Below are positions 1 through 10,395 of a stretch of 64,000 bases of DNA, in pieces. This stretch comes from Bdellovibrionia bacterium. Its GTDB lineage: Bacteria > Bdellovibrionota > Bdellovibrionia > Bdellovibrionales > JAGQZY01. The DNA lies in NCBI GenBank assembly GCA_030424715.1, contig JAUHWH010000010.1, forward strand, positions 15,543 through 79,542, given 5' to 3'. Under the pieces are notes generated by a model. It did not search any database and was not told where the DNA came from. It saw only the letters and a list, made by a program, of their open reading frames with translations. The position numbers were made by a program, and so were the translations under genes. Within the stretch, counting starts at the first letter, position 1. Each line of letters starts with the position of its first letter.

Positions 1-131
1 CCGCGTTGACTGATTTTAAAAGTTGCGTGAGCAGCGCCAGTGCAAAAGGTGATATCAAAACGTGTCGTCAGGCTAACAAAGCGGCCCGTGAAAAAATGAA
101 AGCCGAACGCAAAGAAGCGCACGGCAAGTAG
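1..131 (+). CDS. 3' end of a hypothetical protein (partial)
   Basis: Open frame from base 3: ALTDFKSCVSSASAKGDIKTCRQANKAAREKMKAERKEAHGK, stop TAG at 129-131. Confidence 0.6.
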   Translation, partial: ALTDFKSCVSSASAKGDIKTCRQANKAAREKMKAERKEAHGK

Positions 132-212
132 TTTTTGTGTCGATTCTAGGTCGTGGAATTCGGATCCCCGAGTTGCGGTCCAAATTTCCACGGCCCTATT
201 GAAAGAGCCCAT

Positions 213-1028
213 ATGCCAACCGAACAAAATTTATTTGAGATCGTGAAAACGACTCTCGGGGTCACGTCCATTCGCAACAACAAGGTGAACGAAACCATGC
301 ACGCCCCCCTCGGGCCATGGAGAGAAGCCAACGAGTTGTACATCGAGCAATCCAATTTAAAGACGAATCTCTCGCAAAACACATCCGAAGAATTTGTCAT
401 CTATGATGTCGGCCTGGGTGCGGCAGCCAACGCTCTCGCCACACTTGCCTGTGCCAAGTCCAGTTCGCGCCCTGTTCGCCTTGTGAGTTTTGAAATTGAT
501 CTCAGCCTATTGGAGTTTGCTCTGCAGCACAGCCACGAGTTCGAACACTTCCAGGGCTATGAAGATGCGATCCGAGAAATTCTGGCACACAAGCGCTGGA
601 CCCAGGGCAATATCACCTGGGAGTTGTTCGAGGGTGATTTTTTACAGTGTGTCGATCAGGTTCAACACAAGTGCCATCTGATTTTTTACGACCCCTATTC
701 GCCCCATCAAAACCAAGAGATGTGGACAACTGATTGCTTCAAAAAGCTAAAAGAAAAATGCCATAGGGATGCTCGCTTCTACAACTACAGTCAGGCGACA
801 CCCATTCGCGCCGCTCTCTTAGAAGCTGGTTTTTACGTCGGCTATGGCAAAGCCATTGGCGAGAAAGAGACCACCACCGAGGCCGCTTGTCAGCTAAAAG
901 ACTTGCAGCGCCCCCTGGATCAACGTTGGTTTCAGCGCTGGAGCCGTTCTGACACTCCCTTGCCCCCATTGTGCGAGGACGCCGAAACCCTCAAAAAACA
1001 AATACGAGAGCACGAACAATTTCAGTAG
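213..1028 (+). CDS. MnmC/MnmD-like SAM-dependent methyltransferase (stand-alone methyltransferase domain)
   Basis: ETMH..GPWREANELY, YDVGLGAAANA, LVSFE, FYDPYSP..N.EMW motifs typical of the MnmC N-terminal domain; ATG at 213 chosen. Confidence 0.75.
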   Translation: MPTEQNLFEIVKTTLGVTSIRNNKVNETMHAPLGPWREANELYIEQSNLKTNLSQNTSEEFVIYDVGLGAAANALATLACAKSSSRPVRLVSFEIDLSLLEFALQHSHEFEHFQGYEDAIREILAHKRWTQGNITWELFEGDFLQCVDQVQHKCHLIFYDPYSPHQNQEMWTTDCFKKLKEKCHRDARFYNYSQATPIRAALLEAGFYVGYGKAIGEKETTTEAACQLKDLQRPLDQRWFQRWSRSDTPLPPLCEDAETLKKQIREHEQFQ

Positions 1029-1326
1029 TCCTTTCGCGATCGCGCCAAAAACGAGAGGCTGGTCCCAGATGGGGAGACTGCCCCATGTCGTTGTGGTTCA
1101 GTGAACGAGCCATCTCGCGGGCGATGTTTGGCCTGGGACCGGTGCTTGGGCCACCAGAGAGGCCAGAGGGGCTAGGGCACTGGCTCCCATCAATCCTTGT
1201 GAGTTGCTTGAAAACGTCAGTGTTATTCCTGTTATTTTTACAAAAATCAGCCGTTGGATCCTTTCTTCTTCGAATCATTGAGCCCCCTTTGTATTGTTCT
1301 GCTTATCTTCTAAGGGGAGGGGTTTC

Positions 1327-1875
1327 ATGAGGTTCAGTTTTATCTTTTTATGTCTTTGTTTTGCTTTGCCAGCGGTGGCAGGGCAACAAAAGTTGTTTCA
1401 GCTGTATCGCACCAACTATTACACAGAAAAGACCATGGAGTTTTCAGCAAATATCGATGACAAGAGCTGCTCTTTTCAAGGGAAAAGTCCGATTTCGGTT
1501 TACTTTGTTTCCACTCAAACCGGAACTCGTCTGAAAGAATTTTCATCACGCAATCGAAAATATTTTGGAGCACAGTATCTTTCGAGGTCGGCTCAATTTC
1601 TTCAATTCACTTTTCGATCTCTTACCGAGGCAGGAGCAACGGTGGGTAAAAGTTATTCTCTTGCTGTTGAACTCGAAAAGACGGGGGGACGATGTGAATC
1701 TTTGGTGTCTTTTCTTGATGGCGATGCAAAGGCATTGCTGGCGCCCTTGCAACGCATGGAGGTTGAATTCCACCTTAAAAAGTATCCCTTGATATCAGGT
1801 TTGCACCCGGCTGGTGTCAACTGGGTGAGGCTTAAAGGTTCGGAGCAGCGCTGTGTGATTGGTCGCTGCCCCTGA
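1327..1875 (+). CDS. Secreted hypothetical protein
   Basis: RBS GGGGAGG, signal peptide MRFSFIFLCLCFALPAVAG. Confidence 0.65.
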   Translation: MRFSFIFLCLCFALPAVAGQQKLFQLYRTNYYTEKTMEFSANIDDKSCSFQGKSPISVYFVSTQTGTRLKEFSSRNRKYFGAQYLSRSAQFLQFTFRSLTEAGATVGKSYSLAVELEKTGGRCESLVSFLDGDAKALLAPLQRMEVEFHLKKYPLISGLHPAGVNWVRLKGSEQRCVIGRCP

Positions 1876-1889
1876 AGTCGAATCGGCAC

Positions 1890-2849
1890 TCATTTCATTT
1901 GCAGAAACTGCAACACGCGCTCTTCCATCCAGGATTCATTCAGTCCCGCTTTTAAAAAACCGACGTGGCCTCCCGATTGGGGGGGTTCTAAATAAACGTT
2001 GGGGTGTTCTTTAAGAACATCAAAAGGATAACAACGATCTTTTAAAAAGGGGTCATTTAAAGCATTCAGCACAAGAGTGGGAACGGGTATTGTTTCTAAA
2101 AAATGCAGAGAGCTTGCTTTGTCCCAATACTCATCAGCATCTTTGAAGCCGTTGATCGGGGCTGTGATCTTGTCATCAAAAGCTTTAAAGCGCCACATCT
2201 TTTTTAACGAGGGGATGTCGGGGTCAAATTCTGGGAACATCTCTTCTTTGATTTTTAGTTTCTTAATCAAGCGTAGAATAAAATGGCGACTGTAGGCGAG
2301 ACTCAAGCCAGAGGATAAGGCCATGGCACTGTCTGCCAGCGACACAGGTGTTGAAATCGCAACGGCTCGACAAATCCTGGGGTCCAGTTGGTCGCCTTCT
2401 TCACCAAGGTACTTCAGGGTTATATTCCCGCCCATGCTAAACCCAACCAGGTTGATCTCTTTATAGGTATGTCTTATTAAAACATGTTTGATCACTGTGC
2501 GAAGGTCAAACGAAGCGCCTGAGTGGTACATCTTTAAATTATGGTTGGTCTCTCCGCTGCAGCCCCGATTGTTCCAGGCTAGAATATCATATCCCTTCTG
2601 ACTCAGAGCTTGGCTGTGGCTCAAGATGTATTTCGATTGTGAGCAGCCCTCAAGGCCATGGGACAAGATCACCAAGCGATCATGGTTGGCGCGATACCAA
2701 TCCAAGTCCAAAAAGTCATCATCGTCGGTAAAGATGCGCTCTCTTTGAAACGGTACATCGAGAGATGGCCCCAAAAAGTAAGGGACCAGAGTTTCCACAT
2801 GGCCATTGTTAAAGGGAAAGGGCGATTGGTATTCCGATGGGATCAGCAT
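1890..2849 (-). CDS. YheT-family alpha/beta hydrolase
   Basis: NGHVETL, HGLEG.S.S.Y, GFSMGGN nucleophile elbow, NALNDPF, GGHVGF. Confidence 0.9.
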   Translation of the reverse strand: MLIPSEYQSPFPFNNGHVETLVPYFLGPSLDVPFQRERIFTDDDDFLDLDWYRANHDRLVILSHGLEGCSQSKYILSHSQALSQKGYDILAWNNRGCSGETNHNLKMYHSGASFDLRTVIKHVLIRHTYKEINLVGFSMGGNITLKYLGEEGDQLDPRICRAVAISTPVSLADSAMALSSGLSLAYSRHFILRLIKKLKIKEEMFPEFDPDIPSLKKMWRFKAFDDKITAPINGFKDADEYWDKASSLHFLETIPVPTLVLNALNDPFLKDRCYPFDVLKEHPNVYLEPPQSGGHVGFLKAGLNESWMEERVLQFLQMK

Positions 2850-2904
2850 GACATTTTTATGGTCGAAAACCCGAGAAAAGACAAGTCTCCTGAGATTTCT
2901 ATGC

Positions 2905-3486
2905 CTATCTTGTCGAAGTGGGTTCATCCGCTGAAGCGCCATTGGCGGGCTTTGCGGAGGGATGAAAGTCAAAAGAGGAAAAGTCGAAGCAAGCTTCGGG
3001 CCATTGTTTGTAGTTGGGATTGTTTAACTTGAACAAGGCAATGGCCTGCCGTGGAGAGGGATTTTCGATGGCCACACCGTTGAGGCCGGTGATTCGACCG
3101 ACACGGGTGACGGCTCGTCCATCGGTTTTACGAACCATCTGTTGCCCATTTCTGAACGACAGAACCTTGTCTTGTTCGCATTCCGGTGGTTTAGACAGAT
3201 TTTTTGTTTGTGGGTTGTTGAGACGCTGGGCTCGCTTGCCGGTAGAAAAATCAATCTCTCGAACACTGATTGCGGAAAAGCGAGCCACAAAGGAGCCGCG
3301 CGGCTGATCAATATATTCTGCGGGGTCATTATAAAACAAGGCCATTCCAAGGGCGGTGGTTTTCATATCAAAGCAGTTGATGCCAGCAAAGTCGGTGCAC
3401 CGATCAATGTGAACCAGGTATGCCGCGTGTAACGTCGCACTGGAAAAAGTAAAGCAGAATATGAAAAGAGAAATGCGTACCAACAT
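2905..3486 (-). CDS. Secreted hypothetical protein
   Basis: 193-aa ORF with signal peptide ending ATLHA. Confidence 0.6.
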   Translation of the reverse strand: MLVRISLFIFCFTFSSATLHAAYLVHIDRCTDFAGINCFDMKTTALGMALFYNDPAEYIDQPRGSFVARFSAISVREIDFSTGKRAQRLNNPQTKNLSKPPECEQDKVLSFRNGQQMVRKTDGRAVTRVGRITGLNGVAIENPSPRQAIALFKLNNPNYKQWPEACFDFSSFDFHPSAKPANGASADEPTSTR

Positions 3487-3645
3487 AGATCTATGCTACG
3501 AAAGACTCGCACAAAGGGAAAGTGTTAAACAGAATGATATAAACATTCCACTTGATTTAGGTGTGGCGAAGAGAGGGCTGACCTTTCGTCTGGATCGCCG
3601 ATAAGGCACTACCGGGCAGGCTCCATGGAGCCATGGGTTGAGAGC

Positions 3646-4119
3646 CTAGGGGAGAAGTCTTTCACGAATGTTTTCAATTCGCTTTTTGTTAGCGCCCATA
3701 TCGGAGTAACCCACACGTGACTGCGAACGAATTTCGATGACACCGGTGTCGGGTTGTAAAGCAAACTCCATATCGTCGACAAAGCCAAAAATCTTTGAGG
3801 TTGCCGTGGCATGAAGATAGTTCTCGGCGTGGTTGGCAATCTCAAATCCCATTTCGGGCAATAGAATGTTCAAATCGTCCCAGACACTCTCAATATTGCT
3901 CGCCTGAAAAGGCGGAACGTAAAAATCCGAGTCTTTTTCTGCATTGCTGGCAACGCAGTTGGGTTTGGACCCACAGCTTCTTAGGTGACCGTCGACAAGT
4001 CCGAGTGTCTGTGGAGTCATTGAGGCACTCTTTTTACCTAACCAAAACATACGCCCTCCGAAGGCAAAAAGTAGAACAACAATAATAACACAAACAATGA
4101 GTAAGACTTTTTTAATCAT
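3646..4119 (-). CDS. DUF1499 domain protein
   Basis: LRSCGSKPNCVAS, SKIFGFVDDMEF, RSQSRVGYSDMGANKKRIE. Confidence 0.9.
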   Translation of the reverse strand: MIKKVLLIVCVIIVVLLFAFGGRMFWLGKKSASMTPQTLGLVDGHLRSCGSKPNCVASNAEKDSDFYVPPFQASNIESVWDDLNILLPEMGFEIANHAENYLHATATSKIFGFVDDMEFALQPDTGVIEIRSQSRVGYSDMGANKKRIENIRERLLP

Positions 4120-5277
4120 TTACAAACACCCCTCGTAGATGGCTCGGCTTTTTGCGAGGGTGATGCTTTGGTTTTCCCCCAAGGCGACAAAGCCTTTTTG
4201 TTCAAGGCGCTCCACCATGGTGTCGATAGCCTCAGGTTTGATATCGTACTGACTCATTTTGGTTTTGATGCCCATGGCTTCAAAAAAGCCTCGGGTTTTA
4301 TCAATAGCTTCATCGATCTTTTCAGAGTCCGTCCCTTCTGAAATATTCCAAACCCTTTCTGCGAACTGCAGAAGCTTGGCCTGTTTCTCAGACTTCATTT
4401 GTCGTAAGGTGCTGGGAAGGACGATCGCTAGGGTGGTGCCGTGGGCGAGGCCAAATTCCGCCGTGATTTCGTGGCCAATCATGTGGGTGGCCCAGTCCTG
4501 GGGGACGCCGGCACCGATCACACCGTTGAGAGCCATGGTTGAGCACCACATGATGTTCGAGCGGACCGCGTAGTCCTCAGGAAGAGCCAAGGCCTTGGGG
4601 CCCTCTTGAATCAGGGTGGTTAATAGGCTTTCGGCAAAACGGTCTTGCAGGGGGGCGTCCGCCGGCCGAGTCAAATATTGCTCAGTCGTGTGCACAAAGG
4701 CATCGACGACTCCATTGGCAATTTGAGTTTTTGGTAAGGAATAGGTCGTTGTGGGGTCCAGAATAGAAAACTGTGGATAAAGCTCAGGCCGCATAAAGCC
4801 TCGCTTTTCCTTGGTCGCAGCTTTGGTAACCACCGAGGCCATATTCATCTCTGAGCCCGTAGCGGGGAGTGTAAGCACGGTTCCAAAGGGGATCGCCTCT
4901 TCAGTGGGCGCTTGCTCTGAGAGAATGGTCCATGGATCATTACCCTTAAAAGGAATTGCAACCGACACGAACTTTGTGCCGTCGATGACCGACCCTCCAC
5001 CAACAGCCAACAGATACTCCACACCTTCAGATCGAGCCATTTCCACCCCATTCATCAGAGTTTCATAGTGGGGGTTGGGCTCAATGCCAGAAAACTCAAC
5101 GACAGAGTACCCCTCAAGAGCCTTTACCACCTGCTGATAAACGCCGTTGTTTTTAATGGAACCACCACCATAAAGCATCATGATCTTTTTTCCTGGTGGA
5201 ATTTCTTGTTTGAGTTTTTCGATCTGGCCCTCGCCAAAGTGAACGCGGACAGGGTTCCAAAAGGTAAAATTATTCAT
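4120..5277 (-). CDS. yqhD: NADPH-dependent iron-containing alcohol/aldehyde dehydrogenase (YqhD-like)
   Basis: MNNFTF.NP, YGGGSIK.NGVY, GGGSVIDGTKF, TLPATGSEMN, QDWATHMIGHE. Confidence 0.9.
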   Translation of the reverse strand: MNNFTFWNPVRVHFGEGQIEKLKQEIPPGKKIMMLYGGGSIKNNGVYQQVVKALEGYSVVEFSGIEPNPHYETLMNGVEMARSEGVEYLLAVGGGSVIDGTKFVSVAIPFKGNDPWTILSEQAPTEEAIPFGTVLTLPATGSEMNMASVVTKAATKEKRGFMRPELYPQFSILDPTTTYSLPKTQIANGVVDAFVHTTEQYLTRPADAPLQDRFAESLLTTLIQEGPKALALPEDYAVRSNIMWCSTMALNGVIGAGVPQDWATHMIGHEITAEFGLAHGTTLAIVLPSTLRQMKSEKQAKLLQFAERVWNISEGTDSEKIDEAIDKTRGFFEAMGIKTKMSQYDIKPEAIDTMVERLEQKGFVALGENQSITLAKSRAIYEGCL

Positions 5278-5290
5278 CACGGCCTCGCCA

Positions 5291-5653
5291 CTAAAAAGGT
5301 TTGTATTCAACGAGGTAGATCGTCACAAAAAGCAGAGCGATTAGGATAATATAAGGAAGCTTGGTGTTGCCCTTTTTGTAAAAGAACAGGGGATACATAC
5401 CAACGATCAGCCAGGCGGCTAATTTGCCCCAAACCCAGCCACTTTGAAAAGTGTAACCGGCCTTCGCAATAAGCCCAAAACCGGCCACAAAGGTCACTAA
5501 AAGCGCGATGCCATGCAAAGCCGAGAAGAATTTTCGATTTTTGAAGTTCTCTTTTGTTCCCCCTTGTAAACGGTGGGAGGCGATAGCTCCAAGGCTCAGT
5601 AAGATGACAAAAAGTGAGGAAAGGTGCAGAAGTTTGTAAAAAGTGTAGGACAT
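5291..5653 (-). CDS. Small 4-TM membrane protein (SirB2-like)
   Basis: MSYTFYKLLHL..., LHGIALL, WVWGKL, C-terminal KPF. Confidence 0.7.
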   Translation of the reverse strand: MSYTFYKLLHLSSLFVILLSLGAIASHRLQGGTKENFKNRKFFSALHGIALLVTFVAGFGLIAKAGYTFQSGWVWGKLAAWLIVGMYPLFFYKKGNTKLPYIILIALLFVTIYLVEYKPF

Positions 5654-5872
5654 AGGGGCTCCTTCATGTGCTAATAAGAGTGGCAATTTTTCATAAACTA
5701 GTGCGAGAATTCCACCCTGGCAACAAGCCATATTTATCTTGTTTGCTGCTTCGCATTTTTATCCCAGATTTGGTGCCCCAGATTTAGACTTCCTCGTTGA
5801 CATTCGCGTCAATCCCAGGGAAACCTAACGACTTTAAAATTGAACAACTCTAATAACTAAGGAGAAAGACAG

Positions 5873-7936
5873 ATGTCTCAGTTGATTGACAACATCGGCA
5901 GTATTGCGCCGCTTGCTGGTGGTCTCGGATTGGCTTTCGCGATGTTCCTTTATATAGTGAACATGCGATTATCCACGGGTGATGCAAAAACGACAGCGAT
6001 CGGTGAAGAAATTCACTTGGGAGCAATGACCTTTATGAAGGCCGAATACAAGTTATTGGCTATTTTCGTGGTTGTCGTGGCTGGGATTTTGTTCCCCGTT
6101 AAAGGTTGGGAGACCTCTTTTGCCTTTTTCTTTGGTGCCTTAACTTCTGGCACCGCTGGTTACATCGGTATGAAGGCGGCGACTCGCTCCAATGTTCGTA
6201 CAACGACGGCAGCGAAAGAAGGCGGTATTGGGCCGGCTCTTCTCGTGGCTTTTCGTGGTGGCGCGGTCATGGGGCTTTCTGTGGCCTCCTTGGGCCTCGT
6301 TGGTCTCGGTATTTTCTACTTTATTTGGGGACAGTATGTTGACACCACGGGTGTGATTTCTGGTTTCTCCATGGGTGCTTCTTCTATCGCGCTTTTTGCT
6401 CGTGTGGGTGGTGGTATCTTTACTAAGGCTGCCGATGTTGGTTCTGACTTGGTTGGTAAAGTGGAAGCCGGAATTCCTGAAGATGATCCTCGTAACCCAG
6501 GTGTGATTGCCGATAACGTTGGTGACAACGTTGGTGATGTGGCCGGTATGGGTGCCGATATTTTTGAATCCTATGTGGGTGCCATGGTTGCAGCCATTGC
6601 CATTGCGGCGACAATGACTCTCGATCAAATTGCTATTGTTCATCCGGACCGTGAGAGCGCCCGTACCCTGTTGATGGGGCTTCCGCTTTTGCTTTCTGTT
6701 ATTGGTCTAGGCGCTTCTTTTGTAGGAATCGTTGGTATGAATGTCTTTAAGTCCATGCCTCCCGCCAAGGCTTTGCATATGTCTGAGTACACTGCTGCCG
6801 TCCTGTTTTTAGGCTTGTCGGCTCTTTCGATCAGTGCACTTGGTTTTGAGTTCTCAATTTTCTATCCCATTATCGCTGGTACCATCGCCGGTCTTGCCAT
6901 TGGCTATGTGACAGAATATTACACAGCCAAAGGCCCCATCTTAAAGATTGCGGCAGCGTCTAAAACGGGCCCGGCGACAAACATCATCACTGGCTTTGCG
7001 GTCGGTCTTGAGTCTTGCGTGGCTCCTCTCATTATCTTGTGTGCGGCTATTTATGCGTCCCACACTTCGGCGGGTCTTTTCGGAATCGCTTTGGCCGCTG
7101 TTGGAATGTTGGCCACTGTTGGTGTGACAATGACAATCGATGCTTACGGCCCCGTTGCCGATAACGCTGGTGGTATCTCTGAAATGGCGGGTCTTGGCCC
7201 AGATGTTCGAGCCATCACCGATGAACTCGATGCCATCGGAAACACCACAGCAGCTATGGGTAAAGGTTTTGCCATTGGTTCAGCGGCTCTTACAGCCTTG
7301 GCCCTTTTTGTGGCCTACGGTTCTTCTGTGGACGCTTATCGCTTGGCTGCGGGTATGGACCCACTCACTATGGACATCACTGACCCAATGGTTGTGATTG
7401 GGTTGTTCCTCGGTGCGGTTGTTCCCCTTTGGGCGGGAGCGATGACCATGACTTCCGTTGGTAAAGCGGCAAGTGATATGGTAACCGAGATTCGTCGTCA
7501 GTTCCGCGAGATCCCAGGTCTTCTTGAAGGCACGGGTAAACCGGACACCACTCGTTGTGTTGAAATCTCAACGAAAGCAGCTTTACGTGAAATGATCATG
7601 CCTGGGTTGTTGGCTGTGGTCGCTCCCGTGATCGTAGGTCTTCTCCTTGGCCCAGCGGCTCTTGGTGGAATGCTAGCGGGAGCAACCCTATCGGGTGTCC
7701 TTTTGGCTCTTCTTATGTCAAACGCCGGTGGTGCTTGGGATAACGCCAAAAAAGCTATCGAAACGGGCGCTATTCCTGGAGAGAAAAAAGGTTCTGAAGC
7801 TCACAAAGCCACCGTTGTTGGTGACACCGTGGGTGACCCCTTCAAAGATACAACAGGTCCTGCAATGAACATTCTTATCAAGTTGATGTCCATCGTGGCC
7901 CTCCTCTTGGCCTCAGTGATTGCCCTAAAAGGCTAA
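5873..7936 (+). CDS. hppA: Membrane-bound cation-translocating pyrophosphatase, K+-dependent type
   Basis: [33 protein letters not shown]; GNTTAA (Ala, not Lys) marks the K+-dependent class; RBS AAGGAG. Confidence 0.97.
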   Translation: MSQLIDNIGSIAPLAGGLGLAFAMFLYIVNMRLSTGDAKTTAIGEEIHLGAMTFMKAEYKLLAIFVVVVAGILFPVKGWETSFAFFFGALTSGTAGYIGMKAATRSNVRTTTAAKEGGIGPALLVAFRGGAVMGLSVASLGLVGLGIFYFIWGQYVDTTGVISGFSMGASSIALFARVGGGIFTKAADVGSDLVGKVEAGIPEDDPRNPGVIADNVGDNVGDVAGMGADIFESYVGAMVAAIAIAATMTLDQIAIVHPDRESARTLLMGLPLLLSVIGLGASFVGIVGMNVFKSMPPAKALHMSEYTAAVLFLGLSALSISALGFEFSIFYPIIAGTIAGLAIGYVTEYYTAKGPILKIAAASKTGPATNIITGFAVGLESCVAPLIILCAAIYASHTSAGLFGIALAAVGMLATVGVTMTIDAYGPVADNAGGISEMAGLGPDVRAITDELDAIGNTTAAMGKGFAIGSAALTALALFVAYGSSVDAYRLAAGMDPLTMDITDPMVVIGLFLGAVVPLWAGAMTMTSVGKAASDMVTEIRRQFREIPGLLEGTGKPDTTRCVEISTKAALREMIMPGLLAVVAPVIVGLLLGPAALGGMLAGATLSGVLLALLMSNAGGAWDNAKKAIETGAIPGEKKGSEAHKATVVGDTVGDPFKDTTGPAMNILIKLMSIVALLLASVIALKG

Positions 7937-7963
7937 TCCAAGAACAACAACTTATCGATTTAC

Positions 7964-7992
7964 AAAAGGGTGTCAGAAGACACCCTTTTTTT
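7964..7992 (+). terminator. Intrinsic terminator after hppA
   Basis: AAAAGGGTGTC-AGAA-GACACCCTTTTTTT hairpin plus U tract. Confidence 0.85.
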
Positions 7993-8017
7993 ATACCCTT
8001 CCCCGTCTACAAAAAGT

Positions 8018-8312
8018 CCCCTCTTGAGCCTCGGTTTTGAATCTCCAGGAAAGAGACTGCAGACCACAGCTCCTGCTTTGCCTGTCCCCCAGCTCCTGTT
8101 TGGATTTGAGAAAATTACGATTTCAAAAGGGCTTTGCGGAGCGGTTTGGATAGCTGGAAGCGCTAAGGAACGGGCCATGGATGGCCCGAGCGGAGTAAAG
8201 CCCTTTTGAAATCGTAATTTTCTCAAATCCAAACAGGAACTGCGTCCGCGTCCCGCTGATAGGAGGCCTGCAGTCTCTTTCCTGGAGATTCAAAACCGAG
8301 GCTCAAGAGGGG
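8018..8312. repeat. Nested inverted-repeat element (MITE/REP-like or structured RNA)
   Basis: Perfect 45-bp arms 8018-8062/8268-8312; perfect 42-bp inner arms 8094-8135/8197-8238; central CGGGCCAT-GG-ATGGCCCG hairpin 8171-8188. Confidence 0.9.
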
Positions 8313-8363
8313 GCGCCACGATTTAGGTTGTTATTTTAGCGGGTGTGTTTTAACACCGGAACG

Positions 8364-9380
8364 ATGTCTTTGTTGAAATCTCTTCGTATTCCCCATGAAA
8401 TCACGCCGGAAGAAGCTCTCCTTTGGTTTCAGCGCTCCATTTTTGCTGATATCCCGCCCTATTTTATGACTCACTGGAAGACCGGTAAGCAGTTCTTTTA
8501 TGGCGGCGACGGTCTTTTGGCCTTCGAGGAGACGGCTCAGCATTTGATCGTAGCCGGTGAGCCTTTGGTGGCCGCTGGCTCCGATGGTGATGAGATCTAT
8601 GAAGCTTTTACAGCCTTTGCCAAGCACAAGAACAAGAAGATTTGTGGTTATTACGTCGGTCGTAAATGGAACTGGTCCCGTTTTTTTAAGATTCCTCTGG
8701 GAACAAGCATTCGGATTCCGCTTTTGGACTTTGATCTGCAGGCTCCCGAGGCCAAGGAAGTGCGTCGTTCTCTTCGTAAGGGGCAGGAGCACAACTACCA
8801 AGCCATTCCGATTTATCGCAAGCAACGCGAGGGCAATGACAAAGTGGAGGCTTTGATTGCCGAGTGGCAGCAGGCGAAGTTGCCATTGCGTTTGAAATTT
8901 TTTCTGTCGCAACCCCAGCCGGTCAACCCTGTGGATAGTTACGAAGAGTGGTTTGTCGTCGAGAAAGACGGCGAGGCGCTGGCTTTTTGCAGCTTACTGC
9001 CTTACTTGCGCGACGGCGAGCTGGGTTTTTATTTGGACCATCTTGTCTACCACCCCAACCGCGACTCCCATGCTCTGTCTTTTTTGGTGTCCTTTCTCAT
9101 CGAGGTTTTAAAAGAAGAGGGCGTCAGTGAGCTCAACTTGGGATTGAACCCCTTCGCCCGCGTGGATCATAGTAGTCTGATGGGGCGTTTGTTTGGCCTG
9201 CTTTATCATGTGCCGTTTTGGTACCGTCCGAAAGGGCTACACTTTTTCAAGCGTAAGTTTTCGGGCATTGAAGAAAGAGAATACTGTTTTTTCCAACGCA
9301 AGCGAAACAAGTGGTTGGGCTTAGCCGATATGGCAAAAGTCACTCTTCTTGGAGCCAAGCGTCCTTTGGGGAGTTTGTAA
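8364..9380 (+). CDS. Stand-alone aminoacyl-phosphatidylglycerol synthase-like (MprF C-terminal / DUF2156) domain protein
   Basis: VAGEPL, AFCSLLP, LNLGLNPF, YRPKGLHFFKRKF motifs resemble the MprF catalytic domain; no TM flippase domain. Confidence 0.7.
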   Translation: MSLLKSLRIPHEITPEEALLWFQRSIFADIPPYFMTHWKTGKQFFYGGDGLLAFEETAQHLIVAGEPLVAAGSDGDEIYEAFTAFAKHKNKKICGYYVGRKWNWSRFFKIPLGTSIRIPLLDFDLQAPEAKEVRRSLRKGQEHNYQAIPIYRKQREGNDKVEALIAEWQQAKLPLRLKFFLSQPQPVNPVDSYEEWFVVEKDGEALAFCSLLPYLRDGELGFYLDHLVYHPNRDSHALSFLVSFLIEVLKEEGVSELNLGLNPFARVDHSSLMGRLFGLLYHVPFWYRPKGLHFFKRKFSGIEEREYCFFQRKRNKWLGLADMAKVTLLGAKRPLGSL

Positions 9381-9586
9381 TGGCTGTGTTCGTGACTGTC
9401 GGAATCGTTTTTTTACTGACCATGGGTTACTTCTTTTTGATGATCTTTTTCCCAGAATGGGTGGGGATGTCGGGCGACGACACTCGCAAGGTTCTTGAGT
9501 CTCACAAAGATGAAACCGGAGGCACCCCCGCTGAGGGGCAACAGGAAGGCGAAACAGGCTCGGCCTCTGAAATCGACCCTCGCTGA
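9380..9586 (+). CDS. Small single-TM protein
   Basis: TAATG overlap with upstream stop; hydrophobic N-terminus, acidic tail. Confidence 0.65.
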   Translation: MAVFVTVGIVFLLTMGYFFLMIFFPEWVGMSGDDTRKVLESHKDETGGTPAEGQQEGETGSASEIDPR

Positions 9587-9730
9587 CTAAAATCCTGCCA
9601 TGATAGTTTCTTTCAGACTCTGAAACCCTGATGCTTAGCATTTTGGAGCTCGGGCTTGAGCTCCTCTCTTGTTTATTAATACCCTAAGGACACAAAAATT
9701 TATCAATCAGGGTTTACCTCAGGAGGAAAC

Positions 9731-10321
9731 ATGAAACAGATACTTGTTCTTTTGTCATTTGTTGCTTTGGCTTTGCCAGCATCAGCAATCACTATGGATT
9801 TCGATTTTGAAAATATCACAGCAGACATGCTGCCCAGTGTAGAGATGGACGGCGAAGTTCGCGGTCATCACGGCGGTGGAGAAGGGCATGGACACAAGCA
9901 AATGTGCAAAGGTTTTAACTTTTCGAAAGTTCAAAAAACCGCATACACAGAAGCTCGCGAAATGTTTATGGCTGAGACAGCGCAACTTCGCAAAAAAATG
10001 AGTCTGACTAAACAAAGGTATTTCCGTACTTTGATGAACACCAATGTTTCCGGCGAAGTGGCTGACCAATTGGCGAATCGCATGGGGCATATGGGGCATC
10101 ACCTGATGGCGGCCAGGACCAATCTTTTTCACACCATCGTTTACGACATTGCTTCTATCGATCAAAGAAAGCCTCTTCTCCGCTGTGTAAAAATGGTTCG
10201 TATGCATATGTTGATGAAAAAGCTAAAGAAAATGAAAAAAGGTCATCACGGTAAAAAGAAGGAAAAAACTCCCGTCGAGCCCCCTTCTGAAGGCAAGCCT
10301 GCTACAGAAAAACCAGCTTAA
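9731..10321 (+). CDS. Secreted His/Met/Lys-rich helical protein (Spy/CpxP-like)
   Basis: RBS AGGAGG, signal peptide, GHHGGGEGHGH, helical core with two F/A-S-xxQK/R motifs. Confidence 0.55.
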   Translation: MKQILVLLSFVALALPASAITMDFDFENITADMLPSVEMDGEVRGHHGGGEGHGHKQMCKGFNFSKVQKTAYTEAREMFMAETAQLRKKMSLTKQRYFRTLMNTNVSGEVADQLANRMGHMGHHLMAARTNLFHTIVYDIASIDQRKPLLRCVKMVRMHMLMKKLKKMKKGHHGKKKEKTPVEPPSEGKPATEKPA

Positions 10322-10360
10322 ATAGATTACAAGCTAGGATATTCGCCAAGAAACAGATCG

Positions 10361-10393
10361 AAAGCCTGCCTCAACCGAAGCAGGCTTTTTTTT
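10361..10393. terminator. Intrinsic terminator between convergent genes
   Basis: AAAGCCTGC...GCAGGCTTTTTTTT. Confidence 0.8.
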
Positions 10394-10395
10394 GA

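Noticed and set aside
1059-1142. tRNA gene
   Set aside because: tRNA-sized and closed by a stem, but lacks the T-loop GTTCRA, the D-loop pattern and proper arm spacing
5797-5812. FNR/CRP box upstream of hppA (TTGAC-N6-GTCAA)
   Set aside because: The spacer does not match FNR (N4); more simply a sigma-70 -35 hexamer, and a single instance is insufficient
7960-8232. ORFs 7960-8232 (-) and 7970-8209 (+)
   Set aside because: They lie across a terminator and the palindromic element, with no RBS or recognisable motifs; likely spurious
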